Origin: Gemmatimonadota bacterium
Lineage (GTDB): Bacteria > Gemmatimonadota > Gemmatimonadetes > Longimicrobiales > Gaopeijiaceae
Length of the DNA stretch: 64,000 nucleotides
Direction: 5' to 3'
NCBI GenBank assembly: GCA_022822325.1
Contig: JAJEBW010000021.1
Span: 40,280 to 104,279, forward strand
Position numbers and translations under genes: made by a program. The notes beneath the pieces are model-generated. The model saw nothing but the letters and a program-made list of their open reading frames with translations, made no database searches and was not told where the DNA came from. Below are positions 9,357 through 19,950 of the stretch, piece by piece; position 1 is the stretch's first letter, and every line of letters begins with the position of its first letter.

Positions 9357-11252
9357 CTACCCCGGATTCACCATGACCGTGATGTGCGTGGGGTGCGCCG
9401 CCGATCTGTACACGCGCTGGGTCGCCTTCCGGAAATCGCTCTCCACCGCCTCGAAGATGTTGGGCACCCAGCTTTGGGGATTGCGGTCGATGACGGGGAA
9501 CCAGGTGCTCTGGACGTGCACCATGATCCTGTGGCCGGCCTGAAAGTGGTGGTCGCGGTGGTGCAGGCTGAAGGAGTATTCGGTGATTTCGTTCGGGACA
9601 ACGGGTTCGGGGATGCGGAAGCTGTTGCGGAAGCGCGCCCGGAAAACCTCGCCGGCGACCATGTACTGGTATCCTCGCAACGCCGGATCGGGATGATCTT
9701 CGGGATAGACGTCGATCAGCTTGACGATCCAGTCGGCCCCGCCCCCGCTTGTCGACGCGAACAGATTCGCCATGATGTCGCCGGTGATCGAGAAGCCGTC
9801 CGCAAGGGGCTCCGATTCCCAGGTGAGCACATCGGGCCGGCCATCGACGAAGCGCTGGTCCTCGGCCTGCCAGAGGTGCCAGCGGTCGTAGTGAATGGGG
9901 CGGTGCTGGAAGGGGACGGGATTGTCGGGATCGGAGACGTACTCGTCGTAGGCCGTTTCGGCCGCGGTGGCGGGCGGCGGATCGAAGGACACGATCCCAT
10001 CCGCGCGCAGATGGAGGTTGCGCGGCTCCATGCCCTCGGGGGGCCAGCTTTCGTAGTGCTTCCACTCGTTGGAGCCGGTGCGGAAGGTGATGGCCTCGGC
10101 GGCGGGCAGCGAACCCTTGTCCTTCAGCCAGTATGCGAACCAGGGGGCGTGAATCTCGTAGCGGAAGTGGCGCGCGGTCTCGTGCACAAGATCGAAGTCG
10201 AGCACCCGCCGTCCCACCTCGTCGAAGGTCCAGCCGCCGTGCCGCCAGGGACCCAGCACAAGGAAGTTCTCGTTGTCGGCGTCGTCGGCCTCGAGCTGCC
10301 TGTACACCTCGATGGGGCCGTAGAAGTCCTCGGCGTCGTACCAGCCGGTGACGTGGAGCGCGGGAACGGTCATGCCCTGCAGAAAGGGGAAGACGCCGCA
10401 CATCTCCGTCTCCCAGTATTCGTCCATGTTCGGATGCGCCACAAAGTCGTTCCACATGCGGGAGCGGCCATGCAGGATTTCGCGATTGACGCGCGAGAGC
10501 GGGCCCATCTTCAGGTAGCGGCTGTACTTGTCCCAGTCGCCCTCCGGAGGCCACTCCTCGGGAGGCATCTCGAAGCGCACCGCGGCCTCGTAGGCGTAGT
10601 GAAGGCGGAAGGCGCCGTTGTGGTGGAAGTCGTCCCCGACGAACATGTCGGCGCAGGTCGCTTGCGGCGAGACGGCGGCCAGCGCGGGGTGCGGATCGAC
10701 CATGGCGCGCGTGGCGAGGAAGCCGCCGTAGGAGATCCCCCAGGTGCCGACGCGGCCGTTGTTGGCGGGCACATTGTTGACGAGCCACTCGATGGTGTCG
10801 TAGAAGTCGGTGGATTCGTCGATGGCGTCCGCGTCGTCCGGATCGCGGTTGGGGCGCAGCGTGACGAACTCGCCCTCGGATTCGTAGCGTCCGCGCAGAT
10901 CCTGGAGAACGAAGATGTAGCCCTCGTCGAAGAACTCCTCGTACCAGTCGAGCCGGATCGAGTATTCCTGGTCCTGCGGATTGGCGTAGTAGGGGGTGCG
11001 CTCGAGCATGATCGGGAGCGGCTCGGTGCGGTCCCGCGGAATGTAGATCTCGGTGTGAAGCCGCACGCCGTCCCGCATGGGTATCATCACGTCCCATTTC
11101 GGTTCGAAGATCGCGGCCAGATCGAGGTCGGCGCGGTCCTCGTAGGGGTAGCGCGTCATGAGCTCCTGGGCGTAAGCGGGGGCGGGGGAAGGGAGGGCCA
11201 GGAGGGCGGCGGGGAGGGCCAGGAGGAAGCTGGGGAATCGGGGGCGCGTCAT
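9357..11252 (-). CDS. CocE/NonD family hydrolase (X-Pro dipeptidyl-peptidase, S15 type)
   Basis: Track ORF 9357..11345, start at ATG 11252 (MTRPRFPSFLL..., signal peptide ...PAYAQ). Nucleophile motif GISYGG. Long C-terminal beta-sandwich region. Confidence 0.9.
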   Translation of the reverse strand: MTRPRFPSFLLALPAALLALPSPAPAYAQELMTRYPYEDRADLDLAAIFEPKWDVMIPMRDGVRLHTEIYIPRDRTEPLPIMLERTPYYANPQDQEYSIRLDWYEEFFDEGYIFVLQDLRGRYESEGEFVTLRPNRDPDDADAIDESTDFYDTIEWLVNNVPANNGRVGTWGISYGGFLATRAMVDPHPALAAVSPQATCADMFVGDDFHHNGAFRLHYAYEAAVRFEMPPEEWPPEGDWDKYSRYLKMGPLSRVNREILHGRSRMWNDFVAHPNMDEYWETEMCGVFPFLQGMTVPALHVTGWYDAEDFYGPIEVYRQLEADDADNENFLVLGPWRHGGWTFDEVGRRVLDFDLVHETARHFRYEIHAPWFAYWLKDKGSLPAAEAITFRTGSNEWKHYESWPPEGMEPRNLHLRADGIVSFDPPPATAAETAYDEYVSDPDNPVPFQHRPIHYDRWHLWQAEDQRFVDGRPDVLTWESEPLADGFSITGDIMANLFASTSGGGADWIVKLIDVYPEDHPDPALRGYQYMVAGEVFRARFRNSFRIPEPVVPNEITEYSFSLHHRDHHFQAGHRIMVHVQSTWFPVIDRNPQSWVPNIFEAVESDFRKATQRVYRSAAHPTHITVMVNPG

Positions 11253-11398
11253 GGGCGGATCTCTGCTTTTCGGCGGATGGCGTGTGGTTCGCTGGCGATG
11301 GCGTGCCCGTGAACTGGTGCGGGCGGGGTTGCTCCCCGCGCCCACTTCCGCAATGATGTAGTCCCCTGATAACCGCGATTCGGATCCCAGAGGCGAAT

Positions 11399-11632
11399 GT
11401 GACCTATATCATCACCGAGCCGTGCATCGGCACCAAGGATGCGAGCTGCGTGGAAGTGTGTCCAGTGGACTGCATCTACGAGGCTGGCGACCAGTACCTC
11501 ATCCACCCGGACGAGTGCATTGACTGCGGCGCCTGCGAGCCCGAGTGTCCGGTGCAGGCGATCTTCCCCGACACCGACGTTCCGCCGGAATGGAGCGATT
11601 ATATCGAGAAGAACGCGGTCCACTTCGAGTGA
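11399..11632 (+). CDS. fdxA: 7Fe ferredoxin ([3Fe-4S][4Fe-4S])
   Basis: 77 aa, GTG start, MTYIITEPC... Cys patterns Cx7Cx3CP and CxxCxxCxxxCP. Confidence 0.9.
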   Translation: MTYIITEPCIGTKDASCVEVCPVDCIYEAGDQYLIHPDECIDCGACEPECPVQAIFPDTDVPPEWSDYIEKNAVHFE

Positions 11633-11639
11633 GCGGGTT

Positions 11640-11654
11640 GCGCCCCCGGGGCGC
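11640..11654 (+). terminator. GC-rich hairpin (gcgccc-ccg-gggcgc) 8 nt after the ferredoxin stop; no U-tract
   Basis: Perfect 15-nt palindrome read directly. The absence of a T-run makes its function uncertain. Confidence 0.3.
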
Positions 11655-11715
11655 CGCGGCAGGCAACCGCAACGCCCAGGGGGGCCGAGTCGTGGGAATC
11701 AGATTGTCGCGGGAA

Positions 11716-11898
11716 TCAGATTCCGAGTTCCCGCAGGCGCTCGAGCCGGATCGTCCCCGGAGCCTTCTCGCCCGGAGGCACATCCCCGGACCAGTCGGCC
11801 GCGTTTCCGTCGGGACGAGGGACACCCTGACGGAGAAGGGCCACACCCGCGGCGATGAGCGCCGCGGCGCCCAGCAGGTTGACGGGGAACTTGCGCAT
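11716..11898 (-). CDS. Small hypothetical protein (60 aa) with N-terminal hydrophobic segment
   Basis: Internal ATG 11898 of track ORF 11716..12132 (MRKFPVNLLGAAALIAAGVALL...). No homology recognised; may not be expressed. Confidence 0.3.
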   Translation of the reverse strand: MRKFPVNLLGAAALIAAGVALLRQGVPRPDGNAADWSGDVPPGEKAPGTIRLERLRELGI

Positions 11899-12125
11899 CG
11901 CACTTCTCCTTCCCGTTTTCAGGTGATGCGGCGCCGTATTGGGGACCGACCTCCGCGTTTGATTGGGCCCGTTTGGTATGCAAGTCACGTACCGTTTTTC
12001 GGGAAGGGGGAGCCGCGACTCCTCGAAAAGCATTGAAGATGTTGCGGCCGTTGGATTTCCGCGCTTTCGACCTCGTGCCGTCCGTTTCCCGCATCGTTCC
12101 TTCGCCCGCCCGAGTTTCCCGCGCC

Positions 12126-13310
12126 ATGGCAAGATTTGAACCCGTTGGGCTACGCGCCGATCCCGTGGAGATGACCCGCATTCTCGTGCGGACGCCCTCG
12201 GTCAATCCGGCGCTGGAGGAGGGTGGCGCGGGCGAGAGCGAGGTGGCGGAGATCACCGCGCGGTGGCTGCGCGGGTGGGGCTACCGAACCGAGGTGACCG
12301 AGATCGCGCCGGGACGCTGCAATGTGGTGGGAAGACGGGGATCGCGGCGCGGAGGACGGTCGCTCCTTCTCAACGGCCATCTCGATACGGTGGGGGTCGC
12401 GGGCGCGGTCGATCCCTTCTCGGGGCGAATTCGCGATGGAAAGCTCTACGGGCGCGGCGCCGCGGACATGAAATCGGGGGTGGCATGCGCGCTGGCCGCC
12501 GCCGCGGAGCTGGCCGGCCGCGAGATTCCGGGAGAGCTCGTCGTGGCGCTGACCTGCGACGAGGAACACGCCTCGGTGGGAATGGCGGCCCTGGTCGAGG
12601 GCGGATTCCGGGCCAACGGGGCCGTGGTCTGCGAACCGACGGAGCTTGCGGTCATGCCGGCGCACAAGGGCTTCCTCTGGATCGACGCCACGGTGCGGGG
12701 GCGGGCGGCGCACGGATCGCGGCCGGAGCTGGGGGTGGACGCGATCGCGCAGATGGGCCACCTCCTGATCGCGCTGGACGAGGAAGGGCGGCGGCTGGGA
12801 GAGGGAACGCGCCACGAGCTCCTCGGTCCCGCATCGGTGCACGCCGGAACGATCCGGGGCGGAAGCGCTCCCTCGGTCTATCCGGACCGGTGCGATCTGG
12901 TGGTGGAGCGCAGAACCCTGCCGGGCGAGACGGCGGCAGGAGCGATGCGCGAGATGGAGGCCGTGCTGGGGCGAGCCCGGGAGCGGTGCCCGGAGCTGAA
13001 TGCGGAGATTGCGCCGGGGCTCTACCGCGCGGCCACCGAAGTGCCGGTGGGATCGCCGCTGGTGCGGGGGCTGATGGCCGCGTGCGTGCGCGGGGGGCTG
13101 CGGGGGGAGGTGGGGGGAATGTCCGCGTGGGTGGACGCCTGCTTCCTCAACGAGACGGGGACACCGGCGATCTGCTTCGGTCCCGGCTCGATCGCGCAGG
13201 CCCACACCGACGACGAATGGGTGAGCGTGGCCGAGATCGAGGCGGCGGCGCGGGTGCTGGCCGACTTCGCCGCCGATTTCCTGGAGTGCGGCCCGGATCC
13301 GGACCGGTGA
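12126..13310 (+). CDS. M20 family metallopeptidase (ArgE/DapE/acetylornithine deacetylase-like)
   Basis: Track ORF 11973..13310 trimmed to ATG 12126 (MARFEP...). Motifs LNGHLDTV, GRGAADMKSG, CDEE. Confidence 0.85.
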   Translation: MARFEPVGLRADPVEMTRILVRTPSVNPALEEGGAGESEVAEITARWLRGWGYRTEVTEIAPGRCNVVGRRGSRRGGRSLLLNGHLDTVGVAGAVDPFSGRIRDGKLYGRGAADMKSGVACALAAAAELAGREIPGELVVALTCDEEHASVGMAALVEGGFRANGAVVCEPTELAVMPAHKGFLWIDATVRGRAAHGSRPELGVDAIAQMGHLLIALDEEGRRLGEGTRHELLGPASVHAGTIRGGSAPSVYPDRCDLVVERRTLPGETAAGAMREMEAVLGRARERCPELNAEIAPGLYRAATEVPVGSPLVRGLMAACVRGGLRGEVGGMSAWVDACFLNETGTPAICFGPGSIAQAHTDDEWVSVAEIEAAARVLADFAADFLECGPDPDR

Positions 13311-13370
13311 AGGGGCCGGCCGCCGATCCGGCGAGGATGCCGCCGACCCGGGCCGCTTGACCCCCGCCGG

Positions 13371-13778
13371 CTACCTGGCCCGGCTGGTCACCATGATCGC
13401 GCCGCCCGGGAAGTTGGTTCCGAATCGCATCGTGGCATCGGAGGCATTGAGGTAGCGAAGCTCCTGGATATCCGAGACCGGCAGCGTCCGGAGTCCTTCC
13501 TGGGCATTCCCCATCCGGGCCCCGTCGACGATGAGTTGCGGCAGGTTCGTGCCCCCCGTCCCCGCACCGCGCCCCTGCAACCAGCGCGGCCGCAGACGCC
13601 GCACGACGTCGAGCGCCGAGAGGGTGGTGTGGTCGGCCAACTCCTCGAGCGTAATGATGTTCGGGTTGCGGCGCGGTCCGCCTCCGCCCCCCGTTCCGCT
13701 GGCGCAGGCCGCGAGCACCGTCAGGAGCGCAAAGGCCGCGACGAAGAGAAATCGGCTTCGGGAATCGATCGTACGCAT
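13371..13778 (-). CDS. Small lipoprotein with a TonB-dependent-receptor Plug-like domain and no barrel
   Basis: ATG 13778 (MRTIDSRSRFLFVAAFALLTVLAAC, lipobox LAAC); an alternative ATG at 13790 (MEKTMRT...) is possible. The pattern ...LSALDVVRRLRP...LIVDGARMGN...VSDIQELRYLNASDATMRFGTNFPGGAIMVTSR resembles Plug domains. Confidence 0.6.
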   Translation of the reverse strand: MRTIDSRSRFLFVAAFALLTVLAACASGTGGGGGPRRNPNIITLEELADHTTLSALDVVRRLRPRWLQGRGAGTGGTNLPQLIVDGARMGNAQEGLRTLPVSDIQELRYLNASDATMRFGTNFPGGAIMVTSRAR

Positions 13779-14002
13779 GGTTTTCTCCATTGAGGGTTGC
13801 TTGCTGAGGACTCGTCCCATATGGACCGTCTCCCACATGGACCGTCCGGGTGGACTGTCCGCCACCGCACCACTATATCCCGTCGAGCGAGGCGGGAGCA
13901 AGCGCCCGGCATCGACACTTGCGGGATCGCCCCGCGCGGGGGAAGCTGTCCCGTGGGATCTGTTTCCTGCCGCGCCATTCGCCCGCGAGGTCCACCGCCG
14001 TC

Positions 14003-15487
14003 ATGCCCGCACCCCCCCGCCCCATCCTCCGCCGCGCGGTCGGCCGCCTTCAGTTCTTCACCGTCGCCTTCGGCACGATCATCGGGGTCGGATGGATGGT
14101 ATATCTGGGGGAATGGCTGGCGCGCTCGGGACCGGTCGGGGCGGCGATCGGCTTCGGCGCGGGAACGCTCCTGATCGCGCTGATCAGCATCTGCTACGCG
14201 GAGATGGCGTCGATGTTCCCGGTGTCGGGGGGCGAGCTGGCCTACGCCTTCGAGGCCTTCGGAACGGGAACCGGCTTCATCACGGCATGGGTGCTGGCCT
14301 TCATCTACACGGCGGTGGCGGGTTGGGAAGGAATCGCGATCGGGGTGGTGATCCAGAGCATGTTCCCCGGGTTCGGCGGTCCGATTCTGTACACGATCCT
14401 GGACACGCCGGTGCGCATCGGCACTCTGGCGCTCGGCCTCGGCCTGATGCTCTTCATCGTCTGGCTGAACATTCGCGGCGTCGCCAGAGCCGCCCGCCTA
14501 CAGGACTGGCTGACCTGTGGATTCCTCGCGCTCTCGGCGCTCTTCATCGGCGCCTCCTTCCTCTACGGCGACCCGGGCCACCTGGAACCCGCGATCCTGC
14601 GCGGCGAGGGCGGATCGGTGCTGCCCGGGATCATCGCCGCCTTCGTCACCGCCCCCTTCTTTCTGGCCGGCTTCGACGTCGTTCCCCAACTGATGGAGGA
14701 GCGTTCGCCGGGCACATCGGTCCGCTCCGCCGCGCTGATGAGCGTTCTGGCCGTCCTGGGAGCGGGGGTCTTCTACATCCTGATCATCCTGTCGGGCTCG
14801 ATGATCGTCCCCTGGCGCGACCTGCTCGCCTTCGACCGGCTGCCGGCCGCCACCGCCTTCCTGGAGGTCTTCTCCTCGCCTCTGCTCGCTCGCGTGATCC
14901 TCGCCGCCGGCGTCATCGGCATTCTCACCACCTGGAACGCCGTGGTGATCGCCGCCTCGCGGGTGCTCTTCGCGATGAGCCGCGCCCGTCTTCTGCCCGG
15001 ATTCCTCGGCGTGGTGCACGGGCGCCATGGCACGCCGCACGGGGCCCTCGTCTTCGTCGGGATTCTGGGGGGACTCGCGGTGATTCTGGGGGAGGGAGCG
15101 ATCGCGCCGCTGGTCGCCGCGTCCTCGATCTGCTTCGGGATCGTCTTCGGTCTGGTCGCGATCGGAGTCGTTCGGCTGCGCATCGCCCGCCCCGGCGCGC
15201 GACGGCCATTCCGCGTTCCGGGGGGCATCGTCACCGCGGTTGCGGCATCGCTGGCGGCGGCGCTCTTCGTCGGGCTGGCGGTCCACGATTCATTGGGCCA
15301 GGGGGGCATCCCCGTCGTCTGGATCGTTATCGTGAGTTGTTGTGCGCTGGGCATCCTCTTCTGGTTCATCTCCACACCGTTGCGCCGATCGCTCGACCAC
15401 GCCGCGCGGCGCGAGATGATCCTGGGCGAGGCATCGGTCCACATTCAAACGCCGTCCCCAACGAACGGCAACCGCCGTCCCCAATGA
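14003..15487 (+). CDS. APC superfamily amino-acid permease
   Basis: Track ORF 13850..15487, start at ATG 14003 (MPAPPRP...). About 12 hydrophobic helices. N-terminal motif FGTIIGVGWMVYLGEW...YAEMASMFPVSGGELAY. Confidence 0.85.
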   Translation: MPAPPRPILRRAVGRLQFFTVAFGTIIGVGWMVYLGEWLARSGPVGAAIGFGAGTLLIALISICYAEMASMFPVSGGELAYAFEAFGTGTGFITAWVLAFIYTAVAGWEGIAIGVVIQSMFPGFGGPILYTILDTPVRIGTLALGLGLMLFIVWLNIRGVARAARLQDWLTCGFLALSALFIGASFLYGDPGHLEPAILRGEGGSVLPGIIAAFVTAPFFLAGFDVVPQLMEERSPGTSVRSAALMSVLAVLGAGVFYILIILSGSMIVPWRDLLAFDRLPAATAFLEVFSSPLLARVILAAGVIGILTTWNAVVIAASRVLFAMSRARLLPGFLGVVHGRHGTPHGALVFVGILGGLAVILGEGAIAPLVAASSICFGIVFGLVAIGVVRLRIARPGARRPFRVPGGIVTAVAASLAAALFVGLAVHDSLGQGGIPVVWIVIVSCCALGILFWFISTPLRRSLDHAARREMILGEASVHIQTPSPTNGNRRPQ

Positions 15488-15500
15488 GCGACAGATCCCC

Positions 15501-16100
15501 ATGAAAACGGATTCCCGCATCGCCTCCGCGGCCGACGCTCCATCTCCGTCCGCCGCCGGCTCCGCTTCCCCCACCACTTCCCCGTCCGCCCCCGACACAC
15601 GCCCTCCCGGCGACGACCCGGGCGCCCCCGGCGATTTCATCACCCCCGAGACGATTCACCAGGCCGTCGGGCGCACCTTCGCGTCGGACTGGATTCGGGT
15701 CGATCAGGAACGCATCAGCGAGTTCGGACGAATCACCGAGGATCCGGATCCGCACCACATCGATCCCGAGTACGCCGCTCGCCACAGCCCCTGGGGACGC
15801 ACCATCTCCTTCGGCTTCCTGACGATGTCGCTGATGACGCCGATGCTCTACCAGATCTACCGGTATCCAATGGACGGGAAGGAGGGCGACGGCTATCCGG
15901 CCAGCTATGGATTCGAGCGGGTGCGGCTGGTGGCGCCGGTGCTGTCGGGGTCGCGGATTCGGGGGCACTTCACCGTGAAGGAGGTGCGCGAGCGGAAACC
16001 GGGTCAGCTTCTGGCGGTCTTCGGGTGCCGGGTGGAGATCAAGGGGGAAGAGCGGCCCGCGCTGGTGGGGGACTGGCTCTCGCTCTGGCTGAAGCCGTGA
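15501..16100 (+). CDS. MaoC-like (R)-specific enoyl-CoA hydratase / hotdog-fold protein
   Basis: 199 aa. Low-complexity N-terminus, then ...DQERISEFGRITEDPDPHHIDPEYAARHSPWGRTISFGFL..., typical of MaoC dehydratases. Confidence 0.8.
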   Translation: MKTDSRIASAADAPSPSAAGSASPTTSPSAPDTRPPGDDPGAPGDFITPETIHQAVGRTFASDWIRVDQERISEFGRITEDPDPHHIDPEYAARHSPWGRTISFGFLTMSLMTPMLYQIYRYPMDGKEGDGYPASYGFERVRLVAPVLSGSRIRGHFTVKEVRERKPGQLLAVFGCRVEIKGEERPALVGDWLSLWLKP

Positions 16101-17767
16101 GGACGATCGCGACCGAGCTGGCACGGCGGGCGCGGGAGTTACCCGACCGGCTCTTTGTGCGCTTTCCCGACGCCGACCTGAGCTACCGGCAGTTCGAGGC
16201 CCGCACCCGTGCGCTGGCCGCGGGGCTGACACGCTGGCGGGTGGGCGCTCCGATGGTCCCCACTCTCCTTCCCAACTGCGCCGATGCGGCCCTCTTCTGG
16301 TTTGCCGCCAACCATGCCGGGCGGGTGTGGGCGCCGCTGAACACCGAATTCCGCGGCCGGGGACTGGCCCACGCGATCAACCTCACCGGCTCGCGCGATC
16401 TGGTGGTGGACGCCTCGATGCTGGAGCCGGTCCTGGAGATCCGGGATCGCCTGCAGCATGTCGAGCGCCTCATCGTGCGAGAGGGCGACGCGGGCAAGGC
16501 AGGCGACGGGGCCCGCGACATCGGCCCGCACGCAAGGCCGGCGACCGCCGCCGCCGCCCACCCCCTCCCCACCCTTCCCCTGGAGGCCCTCTTCCTGGAG
16601 GACGACGGCGCGGATCCGATCCTTCCCGCGCGCGAATCGGCGCCCTCCCTCCTCATCTATACTTCCGGCACCACCGGCGTCTCGAAGGCCTGCGAGCTCT
16701 CGCACCGGTACGTTCTGGGCCACGGCGCGATCCTTGCCGAGGCAACCGGAATGCGCATGGGCGATGTCCTCTTCTGCCCCTACCCGATCTTCCACTGGGA
16801 CGCCACGATCGGCACGATCGCGCCCGCGCTGCACCTGGGGATCGCCGCCGTCGTGACCGAGCGCTTCAGCGTCTCGCGCTTCTGGAGCGATGTGCGGCGC
16901 TATGGCGTCACCATCTTCGATTTCATGGGCGCCACCCTCACCTTTCTGCACAAGCAGCCGGCCCGGCCCGACGACGCCGACAATCCCGCCCGTCTGGGTT
17001 GGGGTGTGCCGATGCCCGCCTTCAAAGAGGACTTCGAGAGGCGTTTCGGCGTCGCGCTGATCGAGGGCTACGGCTCGACCGAGGTGGGAATCGTGGTCTG
17101 CCAGGAACCGGGCGCAGCCTACCCCCCGGGCTCGTGCGGCCGCTGTTCCCCCACCTTCCGGCTGCGCATCGTGGATGAAAACGACCGGACGCTGCCCCCC
17201 GGCGAGATCGGCGAGATCGTGGTGCGCGCGGCCGCCCCCGAGGACCGTCATTTGTTGCTGAACGGCTACTACGGGATGGAGTCGCTCAACCGCGAGGCCT
17301 TCCGCGGCGGCTGGTTCCACACCGGCGACCTGGGCCGGCTCGACGAGGCGGGCAACCTGTACTTCGAGGGACGCAGCAAGGACGCGATCCGGCGGCGGGG
17401 CGAGAACATTTCGGCCTTCGAGATCGAGCAGGTGATCGAGGCGCACCCGGCCGTGCTCGAGGTGGCGGCCTACGGCTTGCCAAGCGAGTTTACCGAGGAG
17501 GAGGTGGCGGCTTCGGTTGTGCCCAGACCCGGCCATGCCCTCGATGCCGACGATCTGCGCAAGTATTGCGAGGGACGAATGGCGCGCTACATGGTGCCCG
17601 TGCATCTGCGGTTCCTGAAGGAGTTGCCGCGGACGCCCACGGAAAAGGTGGAGAAGGCGGCGCTGAGGCGGCGGCATCTGCGCGCGCTGGGCGGAGAGCC
17701 GGGCGGGGCCGCGAAGGTAGCCGGACGACGGGCGGCAGCCGAAGGGACAGGGGCGCGAGAGCGATGA
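16097..17767 (+). CDS. AMP-dependent acyl-CoA synthetase/ligase
   Basis: GTG 16097 overlaps the MaoC stop (GTGA). Motifs YTSGTTGVSKA, GWFHTGDLG, PRTPTEKVEK. Confidence 0.9.
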   Translation: MRTIATELARRARELPDRLFVRFPDADLSYRQFEARTRALAAGLTRWRVGAPMVPTLLPNCADAALFWFAANHAGRVWAPLNTEFRGRGLAHAINLTGSRDLVVDASMLEPVLEIRDRLQHVERLIVREGDAGKAGDGARDIGPHARPATAAAAHPLPTLPLEALFLEDDGADPILPARESAPSLLIYTSGTTGVSKACELSHRYVLGHGAILAEATGMRMGDVLFCPYPIFHWDATIGTIAPALHLGIAAVVTERFSVSRFWSDVRRYGVTIFDFMGATLTFLHKQPARPDDADNPARLGWGVPMPAFKEDFERRFGVALIEGYGSTEVGIVVCQEPGAAYPPGSCGRCSPTFRLRIVDENDRTLPPGEIGEIVVRAAAPEDRHLLLNGYYGMESLNREAFRGGWFHTGDLGRLDEAGNLYFEGRSKDAIRRRGENISAFEIEQVIEAHPAVLEVAAYGLPSEFTEEEVAASVVPRPGHALDADDLRKYCEGRMARYMVPVHLRFLKELPRTPTEKVEKAALRRRHLRALGGEPGGAAKVAGRRAAAEGTGARER

Positions 17768-18411
17768 GGAGGGGGGCCGGGACGATGGCGGGGGCTCGGT
17801 GGACCGCGTTTGCGAGCGTGGCCGCGCTTGTGGCGGGGTGGCCGGGGGGGGCGGGGGGGCAGGCCTCGGTGGGGTTCATCGGCGGCGCGTCGATCTCGAG
17901 CTTTACCGGAAGCGGCGCAGTCGATGTGATGGCCGGCGTGGGGCCGCTCTTCGGGCTCTCGGGCGCGGTCCCGCTGGGCGAGGCGCTGGCGCTGCGGCCC
18001 GAACTGTACCTCGTTCGCAAGGGCGCTCATGTAAACACCCGTTTGGGGGACTTCGGGGCCGGGCCCAGGAAGGAGTTCACGCTTGGCTATCTGCAGATGC
18101 CGCTGTTGCTGGAGTTGCGAACGGGATCGGACGGGGCGATTCGCCCGCGTCTCTTCGGCGGCGTCGCGGCCGGGCTGCTCGTCCAGTGCAAGCTGGAGGA
18201 CGACCGTTGCGAACAGATCGCCGAGATCAACTATCGCCGGGCGGATCTGGGGGTGATGGTGGGCGGAGAGCTGGAATGGCGAAGCTGGTCGCTCGGCGCC
18301 CGCTACGAGGCGGCGGTGCGGACCTTCGAGGTCTCCACCCCGGGGGCCGAGCTGTACAATGGGGCGCTCTCGGTCACGCTCCGCTTCCAGCCGCGAAGAA
18401 CTCCGCAATGA
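17764..18411 (+). CDS. Small outer-membrane beta-barrel protein (porin-family / OmpW-like size)
   Basis: ATG 17764 overlaps the ligase stop (ATGA). Signal peptide present. Alternating-hydrophobicity strands. Ends in an aromatic-rich terminal strand ...LSVTLRF followed by QPRRTPQ. Confidence 0.7.
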   Translation: MRRGAGTMAGARWTAFASVAALVAGWPGGAGGQASVGFIGGASISSFTGSGAVDVMAGVGPLFGLSGAVPLGEALALRPELYLVRKGAHVNTRLGDFGAGPRKEFTLGYLQMPLLLELRTGSDGAIRPRLFGGVAAGLLVQCKLEDDRCEQIAEINYRRADLGVMVGGELEWRSWSLGARYEAAVRTFEVSTPGAELYNGALSVTLRFQPRRTPQ

Positions 18412-19114
18412 ACCCGGTGGCGGGGGAGGCCGCCAGCTCCTCCGGCGCTCCCCGCTGCACGATCTCTCCCCCTTCGAGGGCGTAGACGCGGGGCGCTCCC
18501 AGGGCGAACACGTCGCGGGCATCGTGCGTGACCACGATCGCCGGGCGGCCTCCGTCCAGCAGGCGCCGCGCCAGACTCGCGCGCAGCGTGCGCCGGGCGG
18601 CCGGGTCCATGGCGGCCAGCGGTTCATCGAGAAGAAGGATTGCGGGCCGGGCAATGAGGGCGCGGGCAAGGGCGACGCGTTGCTTCTCCCCACCGGACAG
18701 CGTGGCGGGGTAGCGGTTCGCGATGGCTTCGCATCCCGTCTCGGCGAGGGCGTCCCGGGCCAGCCGCCGTCGCTCGACCCTGGAAGGCGCGGCCGCGGCC
18801 GGAATCCCGAAGGCCACATTGCCGGCGACGGTCAGGTGCGGAAAGAGACCGTAGCCCTGCGGCACATACCCCACCCGGCGCGCCTCCGGGGGAAGCGCGA
18901 TCTCCCCTTTCGCGTCGAAGAGAACCGCGTCCCCCACCTCGATCCGGCCCAATTCCGGCGCGCGTGCGCCCACGATGGCGCGCAGCAGGGTGGTCTTCCC
19001 CGATCCATTCGGCCCGATCACCACGACCGGCGCGGCATCGCCCCGCATCCGGGCCGCGACGCGAAAGTCGCCCGCCCGCACCACGATATCGACCCGCCAG
19101 GAGGCCGCGCTCAC
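18374..19114 (-). CDS. modC: Molybdate ABC transporter ATP-binding protein
   Basis: C-terminal part of track ORF 18374..20053. GTG 19114 overlaps the modB stop (GTGA). Walker [10 protein letters not shown], signature [15 protein letters not shown], Walker B LLLDEP. Confidence 0.85.
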   Translation of the reverse strand: MSAASWRVDIVVRAGDFRVAARMRGDAAPVVVIGPNGSGKTTLLRAIVGARAPELGRIEVGDAVLFDAKGEIALPPEARRVGYVPQGYGLFPHLTVAGNVAFGIPAAAAPSRVERRRLARDALAETGCEAIANRYPATLSGGEKQRVALARALIARPAILLLDEPLAAMDPAARRTLRASLARRLLDGGRPAIVVTHDARDVFALGAPRVYALEGGEIVQRGAPEELAASPATGFIAEFFAAGSGA

Positions 19115-19950
19115 GAGGGGGATCTGTGGTGGGGGGAGGCGGGATCCGGGGCGCCGAGGCGGCGCGAGACCAGCGCGGGAACGGCGCGCAGGGGAAGCAG
19201 GAGGAGCGCGCTTGCGCCGACCAGCACGACCGCCAGCGCAATGGCGAGGCGGGTGTCGGATTCCAGCGCCGTGTAGATCGCGAGCGGCATCGTCTGGGTC
19301 ACGCCGGTGAAGTTGCCCGCGAAGAAGAGGGTGGCGCCGAACTCGCCCAGCGCCCGGGCCCAGGCCAGCGCCGCCCCCGCGATCATGCCCGGCAGCGCGA
19401 GGGGCAGCACGACGCGCAGGAAGGCGCCCGCGGCCGACTTTCCGAGAGAACGCGCGACGAGGATCAGCTCGGGGTCGATGCGCCGGAAGGCGGCCGCCGA
19501 ACCCTGGATGTAGAAGGGCGCGGCCACGACGAGCTGCGCGAGGATCACCGCGGGGGTGGTGAAGGGAATGCGCACCCCGACCGCGGCGAGCGCCGGACCG
19601 AGGAGACCGTTGCGCCCGAAGGCCTCCAGGAGCGCGATCCCCATGACCGCGGGCGGAACCACAATCGGGAGATCGACCAGAACCTCGACGATGCGCGGGG
19701 CGCGTCCCGGGCGGGTGGCCAGCCACCAGGCGGCGGGGGTGCCGGCCAGAACGATGATCGCGACCGTGACGACGGTGGTGCGCGCACTCAGCCAGAGCGC
19801 CGGAAGGAAGAGGGGGTGGCGCGCGCCCACCGCAATGTCGCCGGGCGACGACGCTCCCGCCAGCGCGACCAGGGGCAGCGCGAGGAGGGCCAGCATGGGG
19901 AGGGCGGCCAGGAGGGGGACGCGCGCCGTGGGGGGTTGTGGGGGGGTCAC
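19111..19950 (-). CDS. modB: Molybdate ABC transporter permease
   Basis: C-terminal part of track ORF 19111..20742. GTG 19950 overlaps the modA stop (GTGA). EAA-type loop [23 protein letters not shown]. Confidence 0.85.
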   Translation of the reverse strand: MTPPQPPTARVPLLAALPMLALLALPLVALAGASSPGDIAVGARHPLFLPALWLSARTTVVTVAIIVLAGTPAAWWLATRPGRAPRIVEVLVDLPIVVPPAVMGIALLEAFGRNGLLGPALAAVGVRIPFTTPAVILAQLVVAAPFYIQGSAAAFRRIDPELILVARSLGKSAAGAFLRVVLPLALPGMIAGAALAWARALGEFGATLFFAGNFTGVTQTMPLAIYTALESDTRLAIALAVVLVGASALLLLPLRAVPALVSRRLGAPDPASPHHRSPS

